A program made the translations under genes and the position numbers. Shown here piece by piece: positions 1 through 9,103 of a DNA stretch of 64,000 nucleotides (the first letter of the stretch is position 1; each line of letters opens with the position of its first letter). The stretch is from a virus. The stretch is from the IMG/VR virus record IMGVR_UViG_3300037474_000152; one strand, given 5' to 3'. Below the pieces are notes generated by a model that made no database searches, had not been told where the DNA came from, and saw only the letters and a list, made by a program, of their open reading frames with translations.

Positions 1-1242
1 AACCCCATCCGCTTCACTCCCCTTATTGCCCCGTCCATCTTTGGCAATCGCGATCTTCGAGAAAACATGCTTTCGATTATCGAGGCGAATTCCGAGGGAG
101 CGATCAACGACCGGGCCCCCCACGCGCCAACCGTGGTCTTCACTGACGCTGTTGAGTTCGCTCGTCGCGAACTGGAATACGCAGCCGACAGGATGGCAGA
201 AAAAGCCGCTGTCATTCACCTCCAAACCTGCGGAATCCAGCGAATGTTGGGGCGCAAGGCTCAAGTTACGCTGACCTTCACCCTATCTGCCACACTTACC
301 CAGTTCGTGCTCTCCAAGGGGTACATGGTCACGGGAGGGGGACTGGAATTCTTTACCGATGAGGATGTGGTCGTCACCAACACTTTTCAGTTCAAGGTGA
401 CAGCTTCAGCCAAGGAAGAAGGGGTCAAGTACAACGTCGCCGCCTACACCCTCACCAACCTAAGTCAAACGCGAGCTTACCTAGCCTCTGTCACCAACAC
501 CGAGCCTGCGCGCGGGGGACTCAATGCAGAGACAGAAGAGGAAGCTAAGGCAAGAGGTTTCCAGACTATTCGCCGCAAAAAAGGCGTGTTGATTAGTGCT
601 GACGATTTCGAGCAATATGCAATGGAGGTGCTAGGACCGGGAAGCGTTGTCCGGGTGGTGGGACTACTTACGCCGGACAAACTGAGCAAAAAACCAGGCT
701 TCACGCACGTTTTTGCTCTCAACCCAGATAAAACCCAACTAAATACCGCCCAAGCTCAAGATCTACAATCTCAGATGTCCGCTCAGCTACCCGTCTTTTT
801 GCAGCAGGGAAACAAGAAAAAAGGGACAACTATTGCCTCGGGCGTGAGTGTCTCCACGATTGAGCTTTTCCCCCTAGAGATTGGCGTTATCGCCACCCTA
901 ATCCCTGGCGACAACCCAGAGACTAGGGCGCAGACAATCTATCAAGCATTGGTTGACTACCTTGAGCCAGGACGCTTACCACTGGGACAAACAATCGTGC
1001 TCTACTCCCTTGTGGCTGTAGTGCAAAATTCCGGCGTAGCAGATGTGCAATCCGTAATGGCGTTGATCGCTCGATTCGATGAGACAAGTCAGTCAACCTC
1101 AATCGAAACTTTCTACTCAAACATTCCCCTACCCAATGAATGGACTGCCGGGTATTGCCTTGGTGCGACAATCGATCTAGTCGATCCGGTGAATAACCAG
1201 ACTTTCTCCTTCTCCATGGGAGAGGGGGGCGATGTCGACTAG
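1..1242 (+). CDS. Baseplate J-like protein (5' end probably outside the window)
   Basis: Frame is open from base 1 into the ATG at 67. GGLNAETEEEAKAR...LISADDFEQYA is baseplate-J-like, and a gpI-like gene follows. Confidence 0.8.
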   Translation, partial: NPIRFTPLIAPSIFGNRDLRENMLSIIEANSEGAINDRAPHAPTVVFTDAVEFARRELEYAADRMAEKAAVIHLQTCGIQRMLGRKAQVTLTFTLSATLTQFVLSKGYMVTGGGLEFFTDEDVVVTNTFQFKVTASAKEEGVKYNVAAYTLTNLSQTRAYLASVTNTEPARGGLNAETEEEAKARGFQTIRRKKGVLISADDFEQYAMEVLGPGSVVRVVGLLTPDKLSKKPGFTHVFALNPDKTQLNTAQAQDLQSQMSAQLPVFLQQGNKKKGTTIASGVSVSTIELFPLEIGVIATLIPGDNPETRAQTIYQALVDYLEPGRLPLGQTIVLYSLVAVVQNSGVADVQSVMALIARFDETSQSTSIETFYSNIPLPNEWTAGYCLGATIDLVDPVNNQTFSFSMGEGGDVD

Positions 1243-1283
1243 AGAAAAACGCGGCTTGACACGGGTATGAGGGGAACAACAAA

Positions 1284-1889
1284 ATGAGCGCATGGGACGA
1301 GAAAAAACCAATCTTAAAGCGCTTGCCGCAATACGCATGGCAAGACAATGAAATTGTCAGTTGGATAGTCGATCCATATGACCGCATGCTTGTTGAGTTA
1401 CAGCAGGCAATCCTCAACTTTCCCAAAGACTTCATCGACCCACTAACGTGCAGGGCTGACGCCTTGGACTGGCTTGCTCAGTTGATGGGATTTACGGGGG
1501 ATTATTGGGACACGAGCTGGCCCGAACCAGTTAAGCGCACGCTAATCAAAAACGCCCAGTTCGTATGGAGTTTTAAGGGGACTCAACAGTTACTGGAATA
1601 TCTATTAGCCTTGTTCTCGCTTGATGTTGCGATCGAGCTTCAAGGCTCTTGGCAGGTCGGGGAAACCGCAATTGGTAGCCCCATTGGGGGGGAGTTGTTG
1701 ACCTATTCCTTGCTTGTCAACTCAACAGGGCGAGCTTTTTACCTGCGATCAAGCGACCAATGGCGACTCGTTGAGCAGCTCAATCGACTCTTTATGCCGT
1801 GTTGGTGCTCTCCAGGGTCGCTCAATGGCTCATTTGTACACTATGATAGATTTCGTGTAGGTCTGAGTGCCGTAGGGGAACCCATCTGA
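1284..1889 (+). CDS. P2 gpI-like phage tail/baseplate protein
   Basis: DPLTCRADALDWLAQLMG...W...KRTLIKNAQFVWSFKGT pattern; lies between J and the fibres. Confidence 0.8.
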   Translation: MSAWDEKKPILKRLPQYAWQDNEIVSWIVDPYDRMLVELQQAILNFPKDFIDPLTCRADALDWLAQLMGFTGDYWDTSWPEPVKRTLIKNAQFVWSFKGTQQLLEYLLALFSLDVAIELQGSWQVGETAIGSPIGGELLTYSLLVNSTGRAFYLRSSDQWRLVEQLNRLFMPCWCSPGSLNGSFVHYDRFRVGLSAVGEPI

Positions 1890-1890
1890 C

Positions 1891-3084
1891 TTGACTTTGA
1901 TTACGGGAATTTTTAAAGATTCTGGGGGAGTAGCGATCGCGTCTGGAGTTTTGCGCGTAAAACTGGACGCTCCTTTAAAGGATATCGACACAGATCCGGA
2001 TAGCTACCATCTTCAAGTTGAACACGATTTCTCTATTACAAATGGCGTCTTATCGCCCGTCACTGTAAAAGAAAGTCAAACCAGTAACACTTCCTATACG
2101 TTCACCGTCCTGCAAAGCTTCACCGACTACACCTATTACAAAGCAGGTACTGGCGACTATTACTCGACTAACGACGAATTTCCCTCCCACCTCTACACGG
2201 ACGGGAAATACTATTCAGGTGTTAACCATGCCGCCGAGTCGATTCCTCTAGAAAGAATCGCCAGACCCCGACTAGAGACAGTTGGAGAGGCATTCCAGGC
2301 AATTGTCCCAAACGTAGCAGAAATAAGCTTTGCTCAATTGGAGCGCACGGGATTTGCAACCGATCGCGGACCCCAAACGGCAAAGCAGGTGGGGGAATAC
2401 CTGAAGACTGACCCCTTGTTCTTGCAGTCGCTGGTGAGCATTGTTGTGAGCCAAGGGGAGTGGAATGCGGCAATTCTTTATCGCAGGGGTAATCTTGTTT
2501 CAGTGGGAGGTTCAACTTATCAGTGCCTTGCACAAACGAGCATTAACCAACCCCCAGCCGCTAACCCTACTATCTGGCAGTTGTTCGCCGCTAAGGGAAA
2601 TCCAGGGGGAACGAGTGGCGATAACTCTGCGTTTGGGGCTGGGTGGAGTGGGGACTTAAACGCTCCTTCCAAAAACGCCATTTACCAGGAATTTACCAAC
2701 AACCGAGCAACCAAGGCACAGGTAGACGCCAAGGCTCCTCTCGCCTCCCCTACCTTGACGGGACTCCCTCTTTCGCCCACGCAAATTCCAGGAACTGGGA
2801 CTGGGACGAATAAAACAGCAATTGCTACTTGCGAGTATGTGGATGTTGCGAATGCTGCGCTAATTCAACTTCCCATTAGCGCTATTGCGATCGCTTCTTC
2901 CCCTACTCCTCCAGCTCGGTCAGTGCAAGCCAACGGGCAGGCTCTTTCGCGCACAGTCTATGCAGCCTTGTTTGCAATCATTGGGACGACGTTTGGTGTA
3001 GGCGATGGCTCAACCACCTTCAATGTTCCTACCCTTGTCGCACCGGGGGCTAACATGTACTACGTCATCGTCACGGGGGTTTAA
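1891..3084 (+). CDS. Tail fibre protein (CBM-like module and C-terminal tail-collar-like motif)
   Basis: GEWNAAILYRRGNLVSVGGSTYQCL...IWQL module; NGQALSRTVYAALFAIIGTTFGVGDGSTTFNVP collar motif; TTG start. Confidence 0.75.
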   Translation: MTLITGIFKDSGGVAIASGVLRVKLDAPLKDIDTDPDSYHLQVEHDFSITNGVLSPVTVKESQTSNTSYTFTVLQSFTDYTYYKAGTGDYYSTNDEFPSHLYTDGKYYSGVNHAAESIPLERIARPRLETVGEAFQAIVPNVAEISFAQLERTGFATDRGPQTAKQVGEYLKTDPLFLQSLVSIVVSQGEWNAAILYRRGNLVSVGGSTYQCLAQTSINQPPAANPTIWQLFAAKGNPGGTSGDNSAFGAGWSGDLNAPSKNAIYQEFTNNRATKAQVDAKAPLASPTLTGLPLSPTQIPGTGTGTNKTAIATCEYVDVANAALIQLPISAIAIASSPTPPARSVQANGQALSRTVYAALFAIIGTTFGVGDGSTTFNVPTLVAPGANMYYVIVTGV

Positions 3085-4500
3085 ATGGCGCTTCCAGTCT
3101 ATCAACTCAATTCAATTCCTTCGGTCGAAGACTTTAACGCTTTTCTGCGCCCCAGGTTTACCAAGAAAGCGAACGAGGAAGAGTTCCCAGGTTTTTTGCG
3201 TCAGTTGACTGATGACCAGCTTTCTGACGCATTGCCCAATATCAAGCCCCAGTGGCAAGCGTTTAGAGATGAACTTATAGTCACGGCAGGCACGGGGTTA
3301 AACGTTAACTACACGGGAGGGCGTTGCCTGCTGCCTACAGGTGCGATCGTAACCATTGGCACAGGAAGCTTGACACTTGCAAACAATGCGACAAACTACG
3401 TTTACGTGGACGCAACCGGGGTTGTTCGGGGTGGAGTGATACTTCCCCAGTTTTACTTCCTACTCGCCACGGTGACTACAGTAGCAGGGGCAATCTCGGG
3501 ACTGATTGCCGATAGCCGATTGCGAGGCTTTGAAGTTCATCCCCCCTGGAATCGAGTACGGGTGTTTGGTGGCACTTCGCAAAACGACAAAACTTCCGTC
3601 ACCGGCGACATCCTTAACCTAGGGCAGTACTACTACCGCAACTGGGCAGTTCCTTCTGGCGTGGGAATCACGGTAGACGGCTTTGCCAGAGCGTATTGCT
3701 CTGGAGACGTTACGATTACGGGATTAATTACTGTCACCTCGGCTATTCAAGGGGGTGGGGGACGTACCGTCTGGTTTATTGGCGCGGGAGGTACGTCTGC
3801 CCCTGGCTTTACTCAGTACAGTACGGCGGGTGGCGCGGGTGGTGGTGGTATTGGCGCGGGTGGCGGCGGCGCAGCCGGATCGATGGGCAGGGCTTACAAT
3901 TACCTTCTACAGCCCTACGGAAGTGGGGGAGGCAGTGGGTTTGTTACGCAAGGCTCGGCGTCTTTTCCCAACGGGGGAGATGGAGGGGGAGGGATTTGGA
4001 TTGAGGCGGCTGGGGCAATAACTATAGCCTCTTCTGGGATTATTCGAGCAGACGGGGGTAACGCAGCTGCTTCAGACAATAGTGCCAACATGGGTCTGGT
4101 TGGTGCAGGCGGTGGTAGCGGTGGCACTATCGTCTTGGTGTCGGCTAAAAGCATTACGGTCTCCCCCGGTGCGCTGCTTTCTGTTGTTGGCGGGAATGGC
4201 GGAGATGGACGCCTCAACGGAACTGCTACAACCAGCGGATTTGGTGGCAACGGGGGTGGCGCAGGAGGGGGAGGACAAATTATATTGATTGCCCCGATCA
4301 TTAATGTTACCGGAGCTACGCTGAACGTATCGGCGGGGGTACCTGGGGCTATAGCCCCAGGTATTCAGCATGCTGCCCACGCACCCAGAGGGGGAGGAAA
4401 TGGCGGCAAGGGAGGGGTGGGAGCCTCTTCTGCGGGAGGGGTACCTCTGTTAGCCGCTGAGTCCGGGAAGATAACGACATTGTTTGAACTACCAATTTAA
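3085..4500 (+). CDS. Glycine-rich tail fibre/receptor-binding protein
   Basis: Gly-rich C-terminal half (GGGGSGGTI, GGGAGGGGQI); abuts the previous fibre gene. Confidence 0.65.
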   Translation: MALPVYQLNSIPSVEDFNAFLRPRFTKKANEEEFPGFLRQLTDDQLSDALPNIKPQWQAFRDELIVTAGTGLNVNYTGGRCLLPTGAIVTIGTGSLTLANNATNYVYVDATGVVRGGVILPQFYFLLATVTTVAGAISGLIADSRLRGFEVHPPWNRVRVFGGTSQNDKTSVTGDILNLGQYYYRNWAVPSGVGITVDGFARAYCSGDVTITGLITVTSAIQGGGGRTVWFIGAGGTSAPGFTQYSTAGGAGGGGIGAGGGGAAGSMGRAYNYLLQPYGSGGGSGFVTQGSASFPNGGDGGGGIWIEAAGAITIASSGIIRADGGNAAASDNSANMGLVGAGGGSGGTIVLVSAKSITVSPGALLSVVGGNGGDGRLNGTATTSGFGGNGGGAGGGGQIILIAPIINVTGATLNVSAGVPGAIAPGIQHAAHAPRGGGNGGKGGVGASSAGGVPLLAAESGKITTLFELPI

Positions 4501-4503
4501 GAA

Positions 4504-4947
4504 ATGACAAAGAAAACAAGCGCGGCGGCAGCAGTAAAAGTAATGTGGTGGGTTGACGAAAACGGACAGGTAGTGAGCCTTGCGTCTCCTACTGGATTGC
4601 CCGCCAATATCAGAGAAATCGAAGGCGTGGATTTGCCTTTACCCAATATCTACTTCAATGGCACTGAGGTTGTGGAAAAACCTCCTCAGCCCTCAGGCAA
4701 TGCCGAGTGGGACGCCGTGCTCAAGGATTGGATTACTCCTTCAGAACCTCAACCTCAACCTCCACCACCTCAACCGGATTATTACAACTTTCGCCTAGGC
4801 ATGCTTGTAGCAACCATGTGGAATGCGCTGATTGATGAGCTAGAGGAGAAACCCAAGGCAGCAGAAGTGAAATCTTGGAATGCGATCGCTCAAGCAAGCA
4901 ACGTGCCGATTAAGTTTGGGAAAGACGGCAAGATGAACTTGGCTTAG
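4504..4947 (+). CDS. Putative tail fibre assembly protein
   Basis: Small gene directly after the fibres with a Pro-rich linker; call is positional. Confidence 0.45.
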   Translation: MTKKTSAAAAVKVMWWVDENGQVVSLASPTGLPANIREIEGVDLPLPNIYFNGTEVVEKPPQPSGNAEWDAVLKDWITPSEPQPQPPPPQPDYYNFRLGMLVATMWNALIDELEEKPKAAEVKSWNAIAQASNVPIKFGKDGKMNLA

Positions 4948-4975
4948 GCGCGGTGGAACGCGGGTATCTAAAAAG

Positions 4976-5012
4976 AAAAACCCGCCACAGAGGACGGGCT
5001 GAAGTTTTTTTT
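4976..5012. terminator. Possible bidirectional intrinsic terminator
   Basis: A-run, imperfect CCCGCC/GGACGGG stem, T-run, between convergent genes. Confidence 0.4.
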
Positions 5013-5020
5013 GCAGATGA

Positions 5021-5723
5021 CTAGAAAAACTCGTAGCCTTCTTTTTTCAGCTCTTGAATGGCTCTCTTTATATCGCCTTCCATTTGGACATCGTAGTAGT
5101 CATAGCCTCCATCCACTCTGATTCTTGCAGTGTGTGTTGATTCGTCCAGCCTACCATCTCGCATTGATTGCGCTGAGCCTCGGGCTAACCGATAAGATCG
5201 AAACTGGATAACCTCTGGGCAACTGTTTAAAGACATCTTGTTTTCCTAATTATTGTTCTTGAAACTGTGCAAATAAATTAATCTGATTCTGCTCGTCTTC
5301 CAGCTCCTCCTTGCTGTAAATACTGGAACTGAACTGCCCGTCCTTGCGAAGAATTCTGTAACCCCAGCCGATACCGTGGCTGAGTTGCTGGGTTTGAGAC
5401 ACCCAGCCTTTTGCCTGTAATTGAGATAGTGTTAGCGGCATCTTATTCTTCAACCCTTCTTATTCTTCAACCCTTAATGAATGGTAGCCATTCACGTTGG
5501 CATACGTCGGAACCTCTACTACCTCACCACGTTGATTAACTACCACAAAATCTACTTGGGTGTTTAGCCACCCAAGTACTTTAAAGCTGGCTTTTTTGCG
5601 AGCCCAAGGTAGGGCTTGTTCATCTACAATCGCCTGTGCTTGTTCTTTTGTTTCGGCTTGATAACAAGCGCCAGATGGAGCCTGCCTGAGGATTTTTCCT
5701 GTTGATTCTTCTACGTAAAACAT
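5021..5723 (-). CDS. Three small hypothetical genes (5021-5236, 5250-5453, 5460-5723)
   Basis: Co-oriented, closely packed 67-87 aa ORFs; no family recognised. Confidence 0.5.
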
Positions 5724-5779
5724 TGGGTTCCTTTTGTTTTCTGAACTAAATCCAATCTACTACGTGCTTTAGTGATTCG

Positions 5780-5998
5780 TCAACCCTTTTTGTAGGGAAT
5801 CTTGAAAATCACATTTTCTCCGTCATCAGCAATTACTCCATCAGCGATCGCCTCAATAAAGGCACCCCACCAAGGCGCTGAAATGCCCTGTCTTCTGTAA
5901 CTATAGCCCCAAGCTAGTAAATCCTTGCCAAGTTCTTGTTGCTTGATGGAGTCAACTTTAGTATTGAGAACCTTAGTGTTTCGCTTAATCTGAGCCAT
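5780..5998 (-). CDS. Small DNA-binding protein, possibly ribbon-helix-helix-like
   Basis: Basic N-terminus and GAFIEAIADG helix resembling the RHH-like proteins at 32942 and 42079. Confidence 0.35.
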   Translation of the reverse strand: MAQIKRNTKVLNTKVDSIKQQELGKDLLAWGYSYRRQGISAPWWGAFIEAIADGVIADDGENVIFKIPYKKG

Positions 5999-6135
5999 GC
6001 TTATTTTCGTAAATCTACTACGTGGATAGACTAAGCCTAACAGATTTTAGCATTCGGCTGGAAGGGGGTACTTCCAATCAGCTTAAGGCTCGGTTTTCTT
6101 GAAGTATCCCAAAACACGGGATTATATTCAGCTAA

Positions 6136-6567
6136 CTACTTCCGTAGCCTAGAACCCCGATTCTTTCGTGGGGTATCCAAAAAGACCGGGAAAACACAAT
6201 CGAGTGGGAACTGATGCTGTCCCCTAACCTCAATTAGCGCAATGTGCGGGTAGTCGGAAAGGAATAGTTTCTTCTTCAACTGCCATACCGGGGTCCGCAT
6301 CCCCTTTGATTCCACAATCACAACCTTGCCGCCAGGTAGCTCACACACAAAATCTGCCACATACTTTGCCACCACCTGACCAGAGCGAGCGTACAGGTTG
6401 AATGGTTGTTGCATGGATATGTTTGCAATCGCACCATTGTCGTGCAGTCGCTTGAGGTCGAGGTAGGTGTCCGCTTCCAGTTCAGAGTCAAAGGCGAATC
6501 CGTCCATCTCAGTTTTGGTGGCGTTGTATTTGGTCATCAGTGAGACTCCAGGTAGGTTAATGCCCAA
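6136..6567 (-). CDS. DUF1064-family PD-(D/E)XK nuclease-like protein
   Basis: KYNATKTEMDGFAFDSELEA...YVADF...IVESKG...WQLKKKLF signature. Confidence 0.8.
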   Translation of the reverse strand: MGINLPGVSLMTKYNATKTEMDGFAFDSELEADTYLDLKRLHDNGAIANISMQQPFNLYARSGQVVAKYVADFVCELPGGKVVIVESKGMRTPVWQLKKKLFLSDYPHIALIEVRGQHQFPLDCVFPVFLDTPRKNRGSRLRK

Positions 6568-6706
6568 AACTTACCAGCCATTAGCTGGTTGTAGAAAGGA
6601 TTAAGTTTGCATAGTGGCGGAATGCGTAATGTGACACGACCCCAGTGCAGTGTTCGGGCAAAGGGGCAGTCACTGGGAAGACGGGAAAGGGCGAGTGCAA
6701 GTAACT

Positions 6707-6952
6707 TCATTGGCTCACCTCCTGAATAAAAGCGCCTTTGGAGCAGTTGGGATTGTCCCTTCTGTCGCATCCTGGCGCAGGGGATGGGAACAGTAAGGTG
6801 AAAAGTGCAGCGATCGCAAAACTCAGCCTTCTCTTTCGGATTGCTTCAGTTAGCGCATCTTTTGTCTGCTGCGTTCGGGTGTCTTCATCCTGTTGATTCT
6901 GCTGTTTGTCGCTAGAGCCTTGTTGCCCAAGCTTATCTTGGTTTTCTGCCAT
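6707..6952 (-). CDS. Hypothetical protein with one TM segment
   Basis: ATG at 6952 (MAENQDK...), hydrophobic LSFAIAALFTLLF. Confidence 0.4.
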   Translation of the reverse strand: MAENQDKLGQQGSSDKQQNQQDEDTRTQQTKDALTEAIRKRRLSFAIAALFTLLFPSPAPGCDRRDNPNCSKGAFIQEVSQ

Positions 6953-7179
6953 AATACTGTTGCTCCTTGTAGTGTCGTTATGAGGGCAGTGCAGTCCTGT
7001 CCTGCCAGGGATGTAAGGGCTGCACTTTTGGTCAATCTTGACTTGTGACTTGCTGCCAAATTCTTGTAACGAGAGTTTGTTGTTCCGGTGTTCGCTCTTG
7101 TCCAGGCTTGTCAGATGCAATTATTCTGGCTGCGGCATCAGCGTCTTGTTGACTGACACCCTTGCCGACTAGGGTAGTT

Positions 7180-7536
7180 TTAGTGGCGTCGTAGAGTGTT
7201 GTGTCCATTGTTTTTCTCCTTTAATTCGTTAAAACCTTGCTTGAGCTTTGCTTCCCACTCCGGTGTGTTGCGGCTTTTCCAGAGTGGATTACCCTTGTGC
7301 TTTTTCCAATTCTTGGGGGAGTGGCAAAGGCGATCGCACTGGTCACAAACGGGGTAAACATTCTCGCCTGCTTTGTCGTTTTTCCAGAGGTAGCGAGCGT
7401 GATGCGCGGTTTTAGATGGTCGGGTTTTACAGCAGCAGCAGATACCTCCGGTTGCTCTATGCGCTGCCTTGCGTATCTCTGGCCAGTTGGGAGGGTAACG
7501 AACATCCCAGTTGATATGGTCGTAATAGTGACCCAT
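7180..7536 (-). CDS. HNH-endonuclease-like protein
   Basis: RYPPNWPEIRK...CCCCK...HHARY...CDQCDRLCH; likely start MGHYY overlapping the ATPase stop. Confidence 0.55.
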   Translation of the reverse strand: MGHYYDHINWDVRYPPNWPEIRKAAHRATGGICCCCKTRPSKTAHHARYLWKNDKAGENVYPVCDQCDRLCHSPKNWKKHKGNPLWKSRNTPEWEAKLKQGFNELKEKNNGHNTLRRH

Positions 7537-9086
7537 CAGCCCAAGCCCAATTTGTCGAGGATTATCTTTAAAAGCTTTTCCGATGGAGGTTTTCCGCTTA
7601 GCGATGCCCACTCAGAAGCTATTGACTGGGGTGAGGGCAGTTCGTCAAGAGACTGCATCCAGCTAATCATCTCCTCCATTAGCTGATCGACTGTCTTCAA
7701 GACATGCTCGGTTGCTTCAATTTTGTCTATCTCAACTTCTGTTGATTGCGCCTGATAACCATCTACGTCAAACTGAGGAATTAAAGCAACATAGGGATTG
7801 CCCCGCATTGGAATAACAAGGGCGCATCGCTGACCTGCGCTTGTCATTAACTCAAACGCTTGCTGTAAAACCTCCTGAGTCTCCTTGTTGACATTCAGGA
7901 AGTCGCTGGGATGGTCAAAGATGTAATTTGCAGTGTTTCCTAATGCAATGAAACAACAGGACTTATAGGCAGGACGAGACAGTCCAGTGTCTCCGGACAA
8001 TGGAGATTGACCAATTCCGATGTAATGACCCTTTGCTCCAGCCATGTACTTAATCAAGAAATTCCACAGTGACTGCAAGGATTGAGCTTGTGACGACTGC
8101 ACCTTCTTGTCAGCACCCAAGAAGCCCAAAAAGCCTTTGCCGTTGTTATAGACAGAGTCAACTTCGTCCTGAACAAAGAACAGCTCGCCCACCTCCTTGG
8201 GGTTGCTAGCATAGGCTTTCTTCTGATCGTTCGCTTTTTGGAAGGCAAACTGAATCCAGTTGTCGATTGTCTCAACACCATCAAACCGATAACTAAACTT
8301 GCAAAGCCATCGGCTTACACCGTCTTTTGGGTCGTTGCCAATAATAGTGGATGGGGTCTCAGACTTGAAGGCTATCTTGTTGATGATGACGCCAGCAATT
8401 GTGGACTTGCCGGATTGAGTTTCGCCTGTTATACAAAAGTGGTGATTGAACCGCTTTGACATATTGGAGTTAGATGCAGCATCACATAGCTCATCAATCC
8501 AGATCGCATCAACACGAATGTATTGGGGATAAGCTGCGCTCAACTGATCGAGTTTGACCAGTAAGTCAGGTGCAACCACAGAATCAACCTGAGACTGGTC
8601 AATAGGTGCCACGTTAGGCGATGGGATACTGGCACTTACAGGCTGCTCGACAGGTTCAGCCGTCAAATCCTGCAATGGCGGCATGTTCGACTCAACACCT
8701 GCGCGTCTCGCCCAGTGTCCCCACTCCCACGGATTGGACTTGTTGAGTATCAGTTCAACCTTGCGTGTTGCACCATCCACCTCAGCCGCAAGCTGATAAA
8801 CCTCCTCTTCCTCCTTAAGTTGATACTTCATTGACTCCCATTGCACCGTTTCCAATGCGCTGTCCACTTTGCGAACCTTCTCGGATAACTTGCAGTTGAC
8901 GGTGTAACATGCCAACCCAGCCATGCCCGTCGTCGTGAGCATGGCTTTAGATAACTTATCGAGAGAACCCGCGAACAATAAAGCGCTACCAAATCCAATA
9001 GCAAAGGATGTGAGGAACATTGCGTCGTAGGCATTGGCAATAATCCGGGATGGCTTCAGGGCGGCTTTTTCGGTCTGGAACAGCAT
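7536..9086 (-). CDS. Membrane-anchored P-loop ATPase, FtsK/HerA/TraB-like
   Basis: Two N-terminal TM segments, Walker A GETQSGKST, Walker B FFVQDEVD, downstream IGIGQS sensor-like motif. Confidence 0.75.
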   Translation of the reverse strand: MLFQTEKAALKPSRIIANAYDAMFLTSFAIGFGSALLFAGSLDKLSKAMLTTTGMAGLACYTVNCKLSEKVRKVDSALETVQWESMKYQLKEEEEVYQLAAEVDGATRKVELILNKSNPWEWGHWARRAGVESNMPPLQDLTAEPVEQPVSASIPSPNVAPIDQSQVDSVVAPDLLVKLDQLSAAYPQYIRVDAIWIDELCDAASNSNMSKRFNHHFCITGETQSGKSTIAGVIINKIAFKSETPSTIIGNDPKDGVSRWLCKFSYRFDGVETIDNWIQFAFQKANDQKKAYASNPKEVGELFFVQDEVDSVYNNGKGFLGFLGADKKVQSSQAQSLQSLWNFLIKYMAGAKGHYIGIGQSPLSGDTGLSRPAYKSCCFIALGNTANYIFDHPSDFLNVNKETQEVLQQAFELMTSAGQRCALVIPMRGNPYVALIPQFDVDGYQAQSTEVEIDKIEATEHVLKTVDQLMEEMISWMQSLDELPSPQSIASEWASLSGKPPSEKLLKIILDKLGLG

Positions 9087-9103
9087 TTCATTGACTCCGC
9101 TAG

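Noticed and set aside
1891-4500. Diversity-generating retroelement acting on the fibres
   Set aside because: No reverse transcriptase ORF and no template/variable repeat pair differing at adenines was seen in the window.
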